Shown here piece after piece: positions 18,298-28,393 of a stretch of 32,000 bases of DNA; position 1 is the stretch's first letter; every line of letters starts with the position of its first letter. The stretch lies in the NCBI RefSeq assembly GCF_000011805.1, contig NC_006840.2; one strand, 5' to 3'. The position numbers were made by a program, and so were the translations under genes. The notes beneath the pieces are model-generated. The model was not told the origin of the DNA, did no database searches, and worked only from the letters and a program-made list of their open reading frames with translations. This DNA comes from Aliivibrio fischeri ES114 (lineage in GTDB: Bacteria > Pseudomonadota > Gammaproteobacteria > Enterobacterales > Vibrionaceae).

Positions 18298-20856
18298 TTA
18301 TTCTGTTGGCCAATCTTCTAAAGGAATAGGGCGACTGTAGAGGAAACCTTGAGCGTGATGATAATTGAGTGAAGCCAACAATTTAGCTTGTTCTTGTGTC
18401 TCAATACCTTCAGCAACCAGAGTAATATCAAATCCTTGGGTCATATTGCATACGGCTGCTGCAATAGATGAATCGATATTTTCAGCCGTCAAATCTTTGA
18501 TAAATGAACGGTCGACTTTTAATACATCAAATGGCAGTTTATGAATATAAGCAAGGGATGAATAACCCGTACCAAAATCATCAATGGCTATTTGCACACC
18601 TAAATCACGAATCTTCTGCATAGTATTAATGGTCGAATTATCATGATTCACTAAGCGTGATTCCGTAATTTCTAGGGTTAGATTTTCTGGAGCCATACTT
18701 GTATTGTGTAATACTGCTTTTAGTTCATCCAAAAAGTTATTTTGGGTTAGTTGGCAAACCGATAAATTTACGTGCATATGAAAATCAGCAGGCCATAGAC
18801 CTTGGTCAATACGCTCAACGGTATCTAAACAAGCTTGAGTTAACACTTGAGATCCCATAGGTATTATCATGCCGTTTTCTTCCGCTAACGGAATAAAATC
18901 TAATGGTGAAACCATTCCTCTTTGTGGGCTTAACCAGCGAATTAATGCTTCCGCACCGATGGTTTTTCCACTCTTTATATCAATTATTGGTTGGTAAAAA
19001 GGGACAAGCTCTTTGTTTTTAATGGCCAAAGACAGTTCAGCGGTCATATTTGCTTTATGTAATGAAGCCTCTGCCATTTCAGGAGTGTACAGTGACATAT
19101 TAAGGTTGTTCTTTTTCGCTTGGCCTAGAGCGATGCTGGCGTTTCTTAACCAAAGCGTCATGGAATCACAGCTTAAATCACCATAAACCAAACCTGTTGA
19201 TATGCTCAAAAGGGAGTTGTTTGATGCCACTCTAAATGGAGTCATAAAACAGCCTTCCATGTCTCGTGCATACTGTTTTAGTTGTTCGACATCATCGAGT
19301 TTTGAGAAGAACAGAGCGAATTCATCACCACCAACTCGAGCAATGGCAATGTTGTCATGAGCAAAGCTACACTGTAAGCGGTCACTGATGTTTTTGAGTA
19401 ATTGGTCGCCCTCTAAAATACCAAAGCTGTCATTGATATCTCTAAAATTATTAATCCCGATAACTAACAATCCTTGCTCATAATGCTCTTTTTTATCAAG
19501 CATGATTCGGCATTGTTCTATCAGTCCTTGTCGACTCAGAACTTGAGTTAAGGAGTCAAAGGTAATTTGCTGGCGCATTGCATCAAATGACGATTGGAGC
19601 TTATTGGTCATGTCATTAAACGCATTCATTAATAGTGTTGTTTCGTAAATGCTGCCTTGAGCTTCAACGTTATTATTCCAATTACCACTTGCGATATTAC
19701 GTGCTGCATTTGCAGTCGTAAAAATAGGTTTAGTCACTTGTGTAACAAGATAAACGCCCACAATTAACCCAATAGCCGCAAGAACGATGCCAAAAAATAA
19801 ACCACGGCGTTGCTCTTCTTGAAGGTGGCCAAGAAGGTCACTTTCCGATATTGAGATAACGATGTACCAATTTAAATTATTACCATCGATATAAGGGGTT
19901 ATTTGACTGAAGTAGCGCTCGCCTTTGTAGTAGAAAGAGAAAACTTCAGCATCATTATTTTTATTATTAATTAGCTGGTTGTTCTTAATGTAAGTCGCGC
20001 TTTGTTGAATGGTCTCATCACAACTTTCTACAGCAAACAAGCGTGAGCCAACAGGGCTATTTTGAGTACCGATGGACAATACACTTCCCACACTTGAGTG
20101 AGCGATTAAACGTTGTTGATCGTCAATTAGGTAAATAACGCCTTTGGTGTGCTTTGTTTCTTGAGATAAGAATTTATTAAATGAGTCCAGTTTTACATCT
20201 GCTGCAAAAACGCCAATAAAGTCCTCATCATAGAATACCGGGTGCATGGTTGAGATGGTGATTTCTTTTTTTTCATCGGCGTTAGTATAGATTTTAGACC
20301 AAGAGGGTTTAAATGTGGTCGCGGCAGGTTTGTACCAAGGGCGAGAGCGAGGGTCATAGTTTGCAATGACTGTGCGAATATTATCAGACATCTCGCTACC
20401 ACGATAAATAATAAGATCATCATTGGTTCTTTTATCTTGAAGCATCAGAGATAAACTAGCATTAGGCTCTCGGCGAAAACCTATGTATTCTTTTTTCTCC
20501 CCACCAAAAGAGAGAACGTCCATCTGTTCAAGACCAGTATAAATGCCTTCAAGGCTATCTTTTAAGAATTGTTGTAGCTGTTTAGTATCGTTAGGGTGAT
20601 ACATTTGATAGCGCTGAATTTGATTAACCATGCTTTTTACAGCAAAGTTAGGGGCGTTTAAAAAGATATTAAGATCGGCATGAGTATTTTGAGTGTAAGA
20701 GGCGAGTACTTTTTCGCTTACATCACCAACTAGCTTTTCGTAGCTATTATTTTGAGTATAAAAAACGATACTTAGCGTTACCAACAACACAGCAATAAAC
20801 GGAAGCATGACTGCGGTTCGTAAGGAAAATTGTTTTTTATGTGTTGGTTCTGTCAT
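18298..20856 (-). CDS. Membrane dCache-HAMP-GGDEF-EAL protein (both motifs canonical)
   Basis: 852 aa; ANYDPRSRPWY (Cache), ARVGGDEFALFF, GAEALIRW, NLSVCQLT, LEITESRLV, AIDDFGTGYSSLAYI, LVAEGIETQEQ, HAQGFLYSRP. Full-length paralogue of 14345-16882. Confidence 0.92.
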   Translation of the reverse strand: MTEPTHKKQFSLRTAVMLPFIAVLLVTLSIVFYTQNNSYEKLVGDVSEKVLASYTQNTHADLNIFLNAPNFAVKSMVNQIQRYQMYHPNDTKQLQQFLKDSLEGIYTGLEQMDVLSFGGEKKEYIGFRREPNASLSLMLQDKRTNDDLIIYRGSEMSDNIRTVIANYDPRSRPWYKPAATTFKPSWSKIYTNADEKKEITISTMHPVFYDEDFIGVFAADVKLDSFNKFLSQETKHTKGVIYLIDDQQRLIAHSSVGSVLSIGTQNSPVGSRLFAVESCDETIQQSATYIKNNQLINNKNNDAEVFSFYYKGERYFSQITPYIDGNNLNWYIVISISESDLLGHLQEEQRRGLFFGIVLAAIGLIVGVYLVTQVTKPIFTTANAARNIASGNWNNNVEAQGSIYETTLLMNAFNDMTNKLQSSFDAMRQQITFDSLTQVLSRQGLIEQCRIMLDKKEHYEQGLLVIGINNFRDINDSFGILEGDQLLKNISDRLQCSFAHDNIAIARVGGDEFALFFSKLDDVEQLKQYARDMEGCFMTPFRVASNNSLLSISTGLVYGDLSCDSMTLWLRNASIALGQAKKNNLNMSLYTPEMAEASLHKANMTAELSLAIKNKELVPFYQPIIDIKSGKTIGAEALIRWLSPQRGMVSPLDFIPLAEENGMIIPMGSQVLTQACLDTVERIDQGLWPADFHMHVNLSVCQLTQNNFLDELKAVLHNTSMAPENLTLEITESRLVNHDNSTINTMQKIRDLGVQIAIDDFGTGYSSLAYIHKLPFDVLKVDRSFIKDLTAENIDSSIAAAVCNMTQGFDITLVAEGIETQEQAKLLASLNYHHAQGFLYSRPIPLEDWPTE

Positions 20857-20972
20857 TGGCTATACACTGTGTTGTTCTGTGTTTTTTTAGATAAATGGTG
20901 CAACCGATATTATCTAAATAACTCAATTTGCTTATTATAGATATATCGGCAGCCATTACAGAATCTTCAGTT

Positions 20973-22376
20973 TTATTCCAACTCTTTTAATTTCCTTGTT
21001 AGTGTATTTCTTCCCCAACCAAGAAGTTTTGCGGCATCTTGTTTATGTCCATGCGTATGATGCAGAGCTTTATCTAATAAGATACGTTCAACATTTGGGA
21101 TCACTTTATTTAGAATATCTTCTTCACCTTTATTCAATTGATTTTCTACCCATGAACTGAGTTGTTCTTGCCAATCAGTGATTTGATGCTGCTGTTGCGG
21201 TATCGGTGTTGAGAATAATTCTGGCGGTAAATCAGAAGGCAACACTTCTTGGCTGCTTGCCATTACCGTTAACCAACGACAGGTATTTTCTAGTTGACGG
21301 ACATTACCAGGCCAGTCGCATTGGCTTAATTTATCACTGGCACTTTGGCTTAGTGTTTTACATTCGACAGCCAGCTCTTTTGCGGCTAAGCGTAAGAAAT
21401 GTTCTGCGAGTTTCTTTATGTCTTCACGCCTTTCTCTTAAGGCGGGAATATGAACTCTAATGACGTTTAGGCGATGGAATAAATCTTCTCTAAATTCACC
21501 ATCAGTCACTAGTTTCTCAAGATTTTGGTGAGTAGCTGCAATGATACGAACATCCACTTGAACCGGAGAGTGCCCACCAACACGATAAAATTGCCCATCA
21601 GCAAGAACACGCAGTAATCTGGTTTGAATATCTAATGGCATGTCTCCAATTTCATCTAAAAACAGCGTACCGCCATTAGCTTGCTCAAAGCGACCTTTTC
21701 GAACGGAGTTTGCACCTGTAAATGCGCCTTTCTCATGACCAAACAGTTCCGATTCAATTAAATCTTTAGGAATTGCTGCCATGTTAAGTGCGATAAATTC
21801 ATTATTTGCTCTTGGGCTATGTCGGTGTAGTGCGTGGGCAACCAATTCTTTACCAGTACCAGATTCACCATTAATTAAAACGGATATTGATGAGCGAGAT
21901 AAGCGTCCTATAGCTCTAAATACCTCTTGCATCGCGGGTGCTTCGCCAATGATCTCGGGAACATGATGCTCCTTTTTCGGAGTATTGATGCTCTGTTTTT
22001 TTTGTTCTTGGCTGTGCGCTAAAGCACGCTCTACTAACGTAAGGGTTTCATCAATATCAAAAGGTTTAGGGAGATATTCAAACGCCCCTTTTTGATAAGC
22101 ACTGACAGCCGCATCTAAGTCTGAGTGTGCCGTCATGATAATCACAGGTAATTCTGGGTAATTTTCTTGAATATGATGAAGAAGCGATAAGCCATCCATT
22201 CCCGGCATACGAATATCTGAAATAATCACATCAGGGACATTGCGCTCTAGTGCTTGAATGACACTTTCAGCATCACCAAAACTTTCACACATCATATTGG
22301 TGCTAGTTAAGGTCTTTTCTAATACCCAGCGAATTGAGCTGTCATCATCAACAACCCAGATAAATCCTTTACTCAT
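20973..22376 (-). CDS. ntrC: Nitrogen regulation response regulator NtrC / GlnG
   Basis: Receiver domain ([26 protein letters not shown]), AAA+ [21 protein letters not shown], Fis-type C-terminus [19 protein letters not shown]. Confidence 0.97.
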   Translation of the reverse strand: MSKGFIWVVDDDSSIRWVLEKTLTSTNMMCESFGDAESVIQALERNVPDVIISDIRMPGMDGLSLLHHIQENYPELPVIIMTAHSDLDAAVSAYQKGAFEYLPKPFDIDETLTLVERALAHSQEQKKQSINTPKKEHHVPEIIGEAPAMQEVFRAIGRLSRSSISVLINGESGTGKELVAHALHRHSPRANNEFIALNMAAIPKDLIESELFGHEKGAFTGANSVRKGRFEQANGGTLFLDEIGDMPLDIQTRLLRVLADGQFYRVGGHSPVQVDVRIIAATHQNLEKLVTDGEFREDLFHRLNVIRVHIPALRERREDIKKLAEHFLRLAAKELAVECKTLSQSASDKLSQCDWPGNVRQLENTCRWLTVMASSQEVLPSDLPPELFSTPIPQQQHQITDWQEQLSSWVENQLNKGEEDILNKVIPNVERILLDKALHHTHGHKQDAAKLLGWGRNTLTRKLKELE

Positions 22377-22414
22377 AATTTTGCTTCTCCGTTATCCCTT
22401 TTGTGAGGTTATTT

Positions 22415-23473
22415 TTATTTGAGAGGGAGGTAAATGGTGAAAATGGTTTTTCCCGGCCAGCTAGAGACATCTATTTTCCCATTATGCTGATCGATTAAAT
22501 TTTGCGAGATAGATAATCCCAATCCTGTACCGCCTTCACGAGCACTAACCATAGGATAAAAAAGCGTATCTTGGATGTGGCTAGGGATCCCAGGGCCATT
22601 ATCAATAATGTCTATTTTTGCTGCGAGTTTATGACGTTGACCATAGATGTTGGTTTGGAAATCCGTTCTGGTTTTTAAGGTAATCGTACCGTCAGGTTGG
22701 TCTTTAAGAACTTCAGCTGCATTACTTACGATATTGAGAATGGCTTGCTCTATTTGCTCCGCATCTACGTCAAAATCGGGTAGGCTTGGGTCGTAATCTC
22801 GAATGATTTTTACTTGATAAGATGAATTTAATTCAATGAGTTGGCGAACTTTTTCAATGATAGCGTGCAAGTTTTCTGGCTGTTTTGTTCCGAGCTTTTG
22901 AGGACCCAGTAAACGGTCGACTAAATTTCGTAGACGGTCTGCTTGTTCAATAATGATTTGAGTATATTCATGAAGTTCACGTTCAGGCAGCATACGTTCT
23001 AGTAATTGTGCCGCTCCACGCAAACCGCCTAATGGATTTTTAATTTCATGCGCTAAGCTACGAACAAGAACCTTTGCGGCTTGTTGTTGTGCGTGTTGAT
23101 TAATCTCTTGAGATAGGCGTCTTTGCTGCTCTATTTGACGAATTTCAACCAATAAATAGAGGGATTTATTGATAGCAACTGGGCTAGAAGTTAGCTCGAT
23201 ATAAAGTGGTTGTTCATCAATCATGATACGAACATCACTGTCAGTCACACTTTGTCCTGTGTTCAATGGCAGCATGAGAGTGGATAAATCAAATTGCGGA
23301 GAGTGAAATAAATCATCAAAGGCGTGTTGAGCCATACGCTGAGCACTCTGAGAGAACAGTTGCTCAGCCGCAGGATTGGCATAATGAATTTGACGTTGAT
23401 CATCGAGCAATAAAATTGCTGTAACTTGGTGTTCGAGTAATTGAGTTGAGAAATCCATCGTTAACGCCATCAT
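22415..23473 (-). CDS. ntrB: Nitrogen regulation sensor histidine kinase NtrB / GlnL
   Basis: PAS domain, SLAHEIKNPLGGLRGAAQLLER (H-box), NIVSNAAEVL (N-box), DNGPGIP, GGTGLGLSI. Confidence 0.96.
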   Translation of the reverse strand: MMALTMDFSTQLLEHQVTAILLLDDQRQIHYANPAAEQLFSQSAQRMAQHAFDDLFHSPQFDLSTLMLPLNTGQSVTDSDVRIMIDEQPLYIELTSSPVAINKSLYLLVEIRQIEQQRRLSQEINQHAQQQAAKVLVRSLAHEIKNPLGGLRGAAQLLERMLPERELHEYTQIIIEQADRLRNLVDRLLGPQKLGTKQPENLHAIIEKVRQLIELNSSYQVKIIRDYDPSLPDFDVDAEQIEQAILNIVSNAAEVLKDQPDGTITLKTRTDFQTNIYGQRHKLAAKIDIIDNGPGIPSHIQDTLFYPMVSAREGGTGLGLSISQNLIDQHNGKIDVSSWPGKTIFTIYLPLK

Positions 23474-23549
23474 CCTTATAGCAAATTAATAAATGCACCA
23501 TCATGGTGCATCATACCTTGCTTTTTAGAATGGAACTATATGAATTCCT

Positions 23550-24086
23550 CTAGTTTGCAGACGGTCGGTGTAGATACACGGTGATAATAGGTGATGATGC
23601 AATTCTCTTGCCGTCTTTGGTAGCAACAACAGTAATAAGGTGGGTACCTCGATCTATGCCTGTTAGCTTCCACTCTGTTGATGCTTGAGGTAGGCCGTAA
23701 GGGGAACCATCAAGCATAAGCTGTAGTTTTTCATCAATGGATAACTTACGGTTTAAATCCGTTAGTACGGTGATGTGTCCACGAGAGCTTCGAATGGTTT
23801 CTTCTTGTTGCAAGTTGCTAAATGAAATCTCAAGCTTTTTGTCTTTTTTCTCTGGTGTTTTGGATTTGGCTTTTTTTGCGACAGGCTCTACGGATGTAGC
23901 CGTATCATCATAAGATTCCTCTAAAGGAACACTAGTAGATAAAGAGAGTTGTTTCGATTTGATGTTTGTTGGTGGTGGAGAATCACTGAAATGCCTTGTT
24001 CCATCACTGTCTTCCCACGTATACACCGTACCAGCAAAGGCAGATGTAGAGAATAAGATAAGAAATATAAGCTGTTTATAAGACAT
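23550..24086 (-). CDS. DUF4124 domain-containing secreted protein
   Basis: Signal peptide MSYKQLIFLILFSTSAFAG, then TVYTWEDSDGTRHFSDSPP (DUF4124 signature); typical neighbour of glnA-ntrBC in vibrios. Confidence 0.82.
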   Translation of the reverse strand: MSYKQLIFLILFSTSAFAGTVYTWEDSDGTRHFSDSPPPTNIKSKQLSLSTSVPLEESYDDTATSVEPVAKKAKSKTPEKKDKKLEISFSNLQQEETIRSSRGHITVLTDLNRKLSIDEKLQLMLDGSPYGLPQASTEWKLTGIDRGTHLITVVATKDGKRIASSPIITVYLHRPSAN

Positions 24087-24117
24087 ATTACCACCATGGA
24101 TGATGCGTTGCTGATCG

Positions 24118-24146
24118 AATTAACTGTCTTGGTTATTCAGTTAATT
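24118..24146. promoter_or_regulatory. Perfect 9-bp inverted repeat upstream of the DUF4124 gene
   Basis: AATTAACTG (24118-24126) - 11 nt - CAGTTAATT (24138-24146); operator-like or small hairpin. Confidence 0.4.
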
Positions 24147-24261
24147 GGATTGCCATTATCTTATGACTTCATACGATACTACAGAGATGAAATCTCGAAC
24201 GGCTCTGTAAAGAAAACGAACCAAAACAGAGTGTTGCTTTTAAATCCTTTTTTGCCAATAT

Positions 24262-24293
24262 AAAAAAGGCTCGCCTGTGAGGCGAGCCTAAAA
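24262..24293 (-). terminator. Intrinsic terminator downstream of glnA
   Basis: AAAAAAGGCTCGCC-TGTGA-GGCGAGCCT; 9-bp GC-rich stem with U-run on the minus-strand transcript. Confidence 0.88.
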
Positions 24294-24335
24294 ATTAATC
24301 AATTCTTTACTTTAATCAGCAATAAATTGTGAATA

Positions 24336-25745
24336 TTAAACTGAGTAGTACATTTCAAACTCAAGTGGGTGAACTGCTGTATTGATTGCTTCCACATCTT
24401 GAGATTTAAGACCGATGTAAGAATCGATAAAGTCATCAGAGAATACGCCACCAGCGGTTAGGAACTCACGATCTTCGTCTAGTGCTTTAAGTGCGATATC
24501 TAGAGATTCTGCAACTGTTGGGATTTCTGCTGCTTCTTCCGCTGGAAGGTCATACAGATCTTTATCCATTGCTTCACCTGGGTGGATCTTGTTCTTAATA
24601 CCGTCAAGACCAGCCATTAGCATTGCTGAGTAGCATAGGTATGGGTTCGCTGCTGGGTCACCAAAACGAACTTCGATACGACGAGCTTTCGGGCTTGGTA
24701 CTACTGGGATACGGATAGATGCTGAACGGTTACGTGCAGAGTATGCAAGCATAACTGGTGCTTCAAAACCAGGTACAAGACGCTTGTATGAGTTAGTTGA
24801 TGGGTTAGCAAATGCGTTGATTGCACGAGCGTGTTTGATGATACCGCCAATGTAGTAGATAGCCAATTCAGATAGGCCGCCGTACTTATCGCCAGCAAAT
24901 AGGTTAACGCCATCTTTTGCTAGAGATTGGTGAACGTGCATACCAGAACCGTTATCACCAACAAGTGGCTTAGGCATAAATGTCGCTGTTTTACCAAATG
25001 CGTGTGCAACGTTATGTACAACGTATTTGTAGATTTGAGTTTCATCCGCTTTTGTTGTTAGCGTATTAAAGCGTGTAGCGATCTCATTTTGACCAGCAGT
25101 AGCAACTTCGTGGTGGTGTGCTTCAACAACAAGGCCCATTTCTTCCATGATTAAACACATAGCAGAACGGATGTCTTGAGATGAATCAACAGGTGCTACT
25201 GGGAAGTAACCGCCTTTAACACCAGGACGGTGACCTTTGTTACCGCCTTCGTATTCTGTACCTGAGTTCCAAGCTGCTTCGATGTCGTCAATCTTGAAGA
25301 AAGAACCAGACATGTCAGTGTTAAAACGTACATCATCAAATAGGAAGAATTCTGGCTCAGGACCGATTAGAACTGTGTCAGCAATACCAGTAGAGCGCAT
25401 GTATTCTTCAGAACGTTTAGCGATTGAACGTGGATCGCGATCGTAGCCTTGAAGTGTTGCTGGCTCTAGGATGTCACAACGAATGTTTAGTGTTGAGTCT
25501 TCTGTGAATGGGTCAAGAACCGCACTTGCTGGATCTGGCATCATTACCATGTCAGATTCGTTAATGCCTTTCCAGCCTGCAACTGAAGAACCATCAAACA
25601 TTTTGCCTTCTTCAAAGAAGTCCGCATCAATTTGGTGAGAAGGGATTGAGATATGTTGCTCTTTACCTTTTGTATCGGTAAAGCGCAAATCGATAAATTT
25701 AACTTCGTTCTCTTGAATCAGAGCTAGTACGTTTTCTACTGACAT
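24336..25745 (-). CDS. glnA: Glutamine synthetase type I
   Basis: 469 aa; [61 protein letters not shown], adenylylation-type region [18 protein letters not shown]. Confidence 0.98.
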   Translation of the reverse strand: MSVENVLALIQENEVKFIDLRFTDTKGKEQHISIPSHQIDADFFEEGKMFDGSSVAGWKGINESDMVMMPDPASAVLDPFTEDSTLNIRCDILEPATLQGYDRDPRSIAKRSEEYMRSTGIADTVLIGPEPEFFLFDDVRFNTDMSGSFFKIDDIEAAWNSGTEYEGGNKGHRPGVKGGYFPVAPVDSSQDIRSAMCLIMEEMGLVVEAHHHEVATAGQNEIATRFNTLTTKADETQIYKYVVHNVAHAFGKTATFMPKPLVGDNGSGMHVHQSLAKDGVNLFAGDKYGGLSELAIYYIGGIIKHARAINAFANPSTNSYKRLVPGFEAPVMLAYSARNRSASIRIPVVPSPKARRIEVRFGDPAANPYLCYSAMLMAGLDGIKNKIHPGEAMDKDLYDLPAEEAAEIPTVAESLDIALKALDEDREFLTAGGVFSDDFIDSYIGLKSQDVEAINTAVHPLEFEMYYSV

Positions 25746-25806
25746 GTAGGATAACCTCCGGTGTTATAATATAAATATTGGCCAGCTTAGCTGTTATAAA
25801 CTACAT

Positions 25807-25823
25807 TGCTAGAAGCATGCCAA
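25807..25823 (-). promoter_or_regulatory. Putative sigma54 (-24/-12) promoter of glnA
   Basis: Minus strand reads TTGGCATGCTTCTAGCA, close to YTGGCACRNNNNTTGCW (TAGCA in place of TTGCA), about 60-80 nt upstream of the glnA ATG. Confidence 0.65.
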
Positions 25824-25905
25824 AAGTAATAATCCATTAATATCAATAACTTGATTTTATTGATGCCTATTTAAAAATACGATTTGCACCATTTTGATCT
25901 CCGTT

Positions 25906-25922
25906 TGCACTATCTTGGTGCA
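25906..25922. promoter_or_regulatory. NtrC binding site upstream of glnA
   Basis: TGCACTATCTTGGTGCA matches the TGCAC-N5-TGGTGCA consensus exactly, about 90 bp upstream of the sigma54-like promoter; a further TTGCACC half-site at about 25884-25890. Confidence 0.85.
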
Positions 25923-26282
25923 AAGTAAAATCAAGTTATTAATTACTTCTAGGTGCTATTCAGCAGTTAAATCAAAAATTTGTCAATACGATTGATTTGA
26001 AAAGAGCGTAATGAAATGTATTTATTGCAGATAATTATTTGATCTTAAACTTCTTTTATTTTTTCCTTTTAAGAGGGAAGTAAAATCTTAGAAGGTAAAA
26101 ATAGAGTGCAAATTGACTGTTTTTTCATCGTTTTTGTGTGCTGTATTAAATTAATTTAAAAATAATTGTGTCTTTAATCACATATTTCGTGGGTTTTGCT
26201 CTAAAATCTGTTAAATTATTGACCGTTTTTAAACCAAGTAGTGCCAATGGTGGCTCTACACGCTCTGAGTGAATTTGAATCC

Positions 26283-28115
26283 ATGTCTACTCCACAGATT
26301 GATAAACTAAGAAATATCGCAATTATTGCGCACGTTGACCACGGTAAAACAACACTGGTTGATAAGCTATTACAACAATCAGGCACACTAGAATCTCGTG
26401 GTGAGACTGAAGAACGCGTAATGGACTCGAACGACATCGAGAAAGAGCGTGGTATTACGATCCTTGCAAAAAATACAGCGATTAACTGGAACGATCACCG
26501 TATCAACATCGTAGATACCCCTGGACACGCCGATTTCGGTGGTGAAGTTGAACGTATCATGTCAATGGTTGACTCTGTTCTTCTTATCGTTGACGCAGTT
26601 GACGGTCCAATGCCTCAAACTCGTTTCGTTACGCAAAAAGCTTTCGCACACGGTCTTAAGCCAATCGTTGTAATCAACAAGATTGACCGTCCAGGTGCTC
26701 GCCCTGATTGGGTTATGGACCAAGTATTCGACCTATTCGATAACTTAGGTGCAACTGACGAACAACTAGACTTCCAAGTAGTTTACGCTTCAGCTCTTAA
26801 CGGTTGGGCTACACTAGAAGAAGGTGAAACTGGCGAAAACATGGAACCACTGTTCCAAGCTATCGTTGATAACGTAGATGCTCCAAACGTTGACGTTGAC
26901 GGCGCACTACAAATGCAAGTTTCTCAACTAGATTACAACTCTTACGTAGGTGTTATCGGTGTTGCACGTGTTACTCGTGGTTCTGTTAAACCAAACCAAC
27001 AAGTAACTGTTGTAAGTGCTGACGGTTCTAAACGTAACGGTAAAGTAGGTACAGTATTAGGTTACCTAGGTCTTGAGCGTCACGAAGTTGAACAAGCTAA
27101 CGCTGGTGACATCATTGCAATTACAGGTCTTGGTGAGCTTAAAATCTCTGACACTATCTGTGACGTGAACAACGTTGAAGCGATGACTCCACTTTCTGTT
27201 GATGAACCAACAGTAACAATGACTTTCCAAGTAAACACTTCTCCGTTTGCTGGTAAAGAAGGTAAGTTCGTTACTTCACGTAACATCCTTGAGCGTCTAG
27301 AAAAAGAACTTGTTCATAACGTAGCACTACGTGTTGAGCAAACTGAAGATCCAGACAAATTCCGCGTATCAGGCCGTGGTGAACTTCACCTATCTATCCT
27401 GATCGAAAACATGCGTCGTGAAGGTTTCGAGCTAGCAGTATCTCGTCCAGAAGTTATCATCAAAAAAGATGAAAACGGCAACCTAACAGAACCATTTGAA
27501 ACCGTAACTATCGATGTTCTTGAAGAGCACCAAGGCGGTATCATGGAAAACATCGGTATCCGTAAAGGTGAACTAACTGATATGGCACCAGATGGTAAAG
27601 GCCGTGTTCGTATGGACTTTATGATGCCTTCTCGTGGTCTTATCGGTTTCCAAACTGAGTTCATGACTCTAACTTCAGGTTCTGGTCTTCTTTACCATAC
27701 GTTTGATCACTACGGTCCTCACAAAGGCGGTACTATCGGTCAACGTAACAATGGTGTTCTAATTTCGAACGCAACTGGTAAAGCACTGACTTACGCACTG
27801 TTTAACCTACAAGAACGTGGTCGTCTATTTACAGAGCACGCTGATGAAGTATACGAAGGTCAAGTTATCGGTATTCATAACCGTTCTAACGACCTTACAG
27901 TTAACTGTCTGAAAGGTAAGCAACTAACTAACGTTCGTGCTTCTGGTACAGATGATGCGCAAGTACTTTCTCCAGCAATCAAGTACACACTTGAGCAAGC
28001 TCTAGAGTTCATCGATGATGACGAACTAGTAGAAGTAACACCTGAAAGCATCCGTATCCGTAAGCGTCACCTTACAGAGAACGATCGTAAGCGTGCAGGT
28101 CGTGCACCTAAGTAA
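26283..28115 (+). CDS. typA: Ribosome-associated translational GTPase TypA/BipA
   Basis: [59 protein letters not shown]; C-terminal [20 protein letters not shown]. Start [11 protein letters not shown] at 26283. Confidence 0.97.
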   Translation: MSTPQIDKLRNIAIIAHVDHGKTTLVDKLLQQSGTLESRGETEERVMDSNDIEKERGITILAKNTAINWNDHRINIVDTPGHADFGGEVERIMSMVDSVLLIVDAVDGPMPQTRFVTQKAFAHGLKPIVVINKIDRPGARPDWVMDQVFDLFDNLGATDEQLDFQVVYASALNGWATLEEGETGENMEPLFQAIVDNVDAPNVDVDGALQMQVSQLDYNSYVGVIGVARVTRGSVKPNQQVTVVSADGSKRNGKVGTVLGYLGLERHEVEQANAGDIIAITGLGELKISDTICDVNNVEAMTPLSVDEPTVTMTFQVNTSPFAGKEGKFVTSRNILERLEKELVHNVALRVEQTEDPDKFRVSGRGELHLSILIENMRREGFELAVSRPEVIIKKDENGNLTEPFETVTIDVLEEHQGGIMENIGIRKGELTDMAPDGKGRVRMDFMMPSRGLIGFQTEFMTLTSGSGLLYHTFDHYGPHKGGTIGQRNNGVLISNATGKALTYALFNLQERGRLFTEHADEVYEGQVIGIHNRSNDLTVNCLKGKQLTNVRASGTDDAQVLSPAIKYTLEQALEFIDDDELVEVTPESIRIRKRHLTENDRKRAGRAPK

Positions 28116-28165
28116 TTCTTGATTCGGATTTAGCTTTTAGTTAAATCACAAATCTAATAAAATTT

Positions 28166-28204
28166 AAAATCCCTTTGTAGGCAACTACGAAGGGATTTTT
28201 TTTA
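28166..28204 (+). terminator. Intrinsic terminator downstream of typA
   Basis: AAAATCCCTTTGTAG-GCAA-CTACGAAGGGATTTTTTTT; long stem with T-run. Confidence 0.9.
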
Positions 28205-28216
28205 TCTGTTATGATA

Positions 28217-28377
28217 ATACCAACCCAAATAAGTAGATGATCATTCTTGCTTGTTAAAATAGCTTATAACAGCGTTATAAACTTTATAATTAGGCCCACT
28301 AGTTATTGCAGTTTATGCCTTGTTTTAATCTATTTTTCCTACGCAATATCTGGACACATACTTATTTGGATTGGTAT
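28217..28377. mobile_element. MITE-like 161-bp non-coding element
   Basis: Terminal inverted repeats ATACCAACCCAAATAAGTA (28217-28235) and TACTTATTTGGATTGGTAT (28359-28377), 18/19 complementary; no ORF inside. Confidence 0.65.
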
Positions 28378-28393
28378 ATGTAAGAGTTGATAT

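Noticed and set aside
9442-20856. Possible anti-phage signalling (CBASS-like) island because of clustered cyclic-nucleotide proteins
   Set aside because: All three are standard GGDEF/EAL c-di-GMP proteins with sensory inputs; no CD-NTase, effector, integrase or phage genes nearby.
27080-27664. Antisense ORFs of 68 and 92 aa inside typA
   Set aside because: Opposite a highly conserved long ORF; low-complexity SSS/TTS translations, as expected from antisense of a codon-biased gene.
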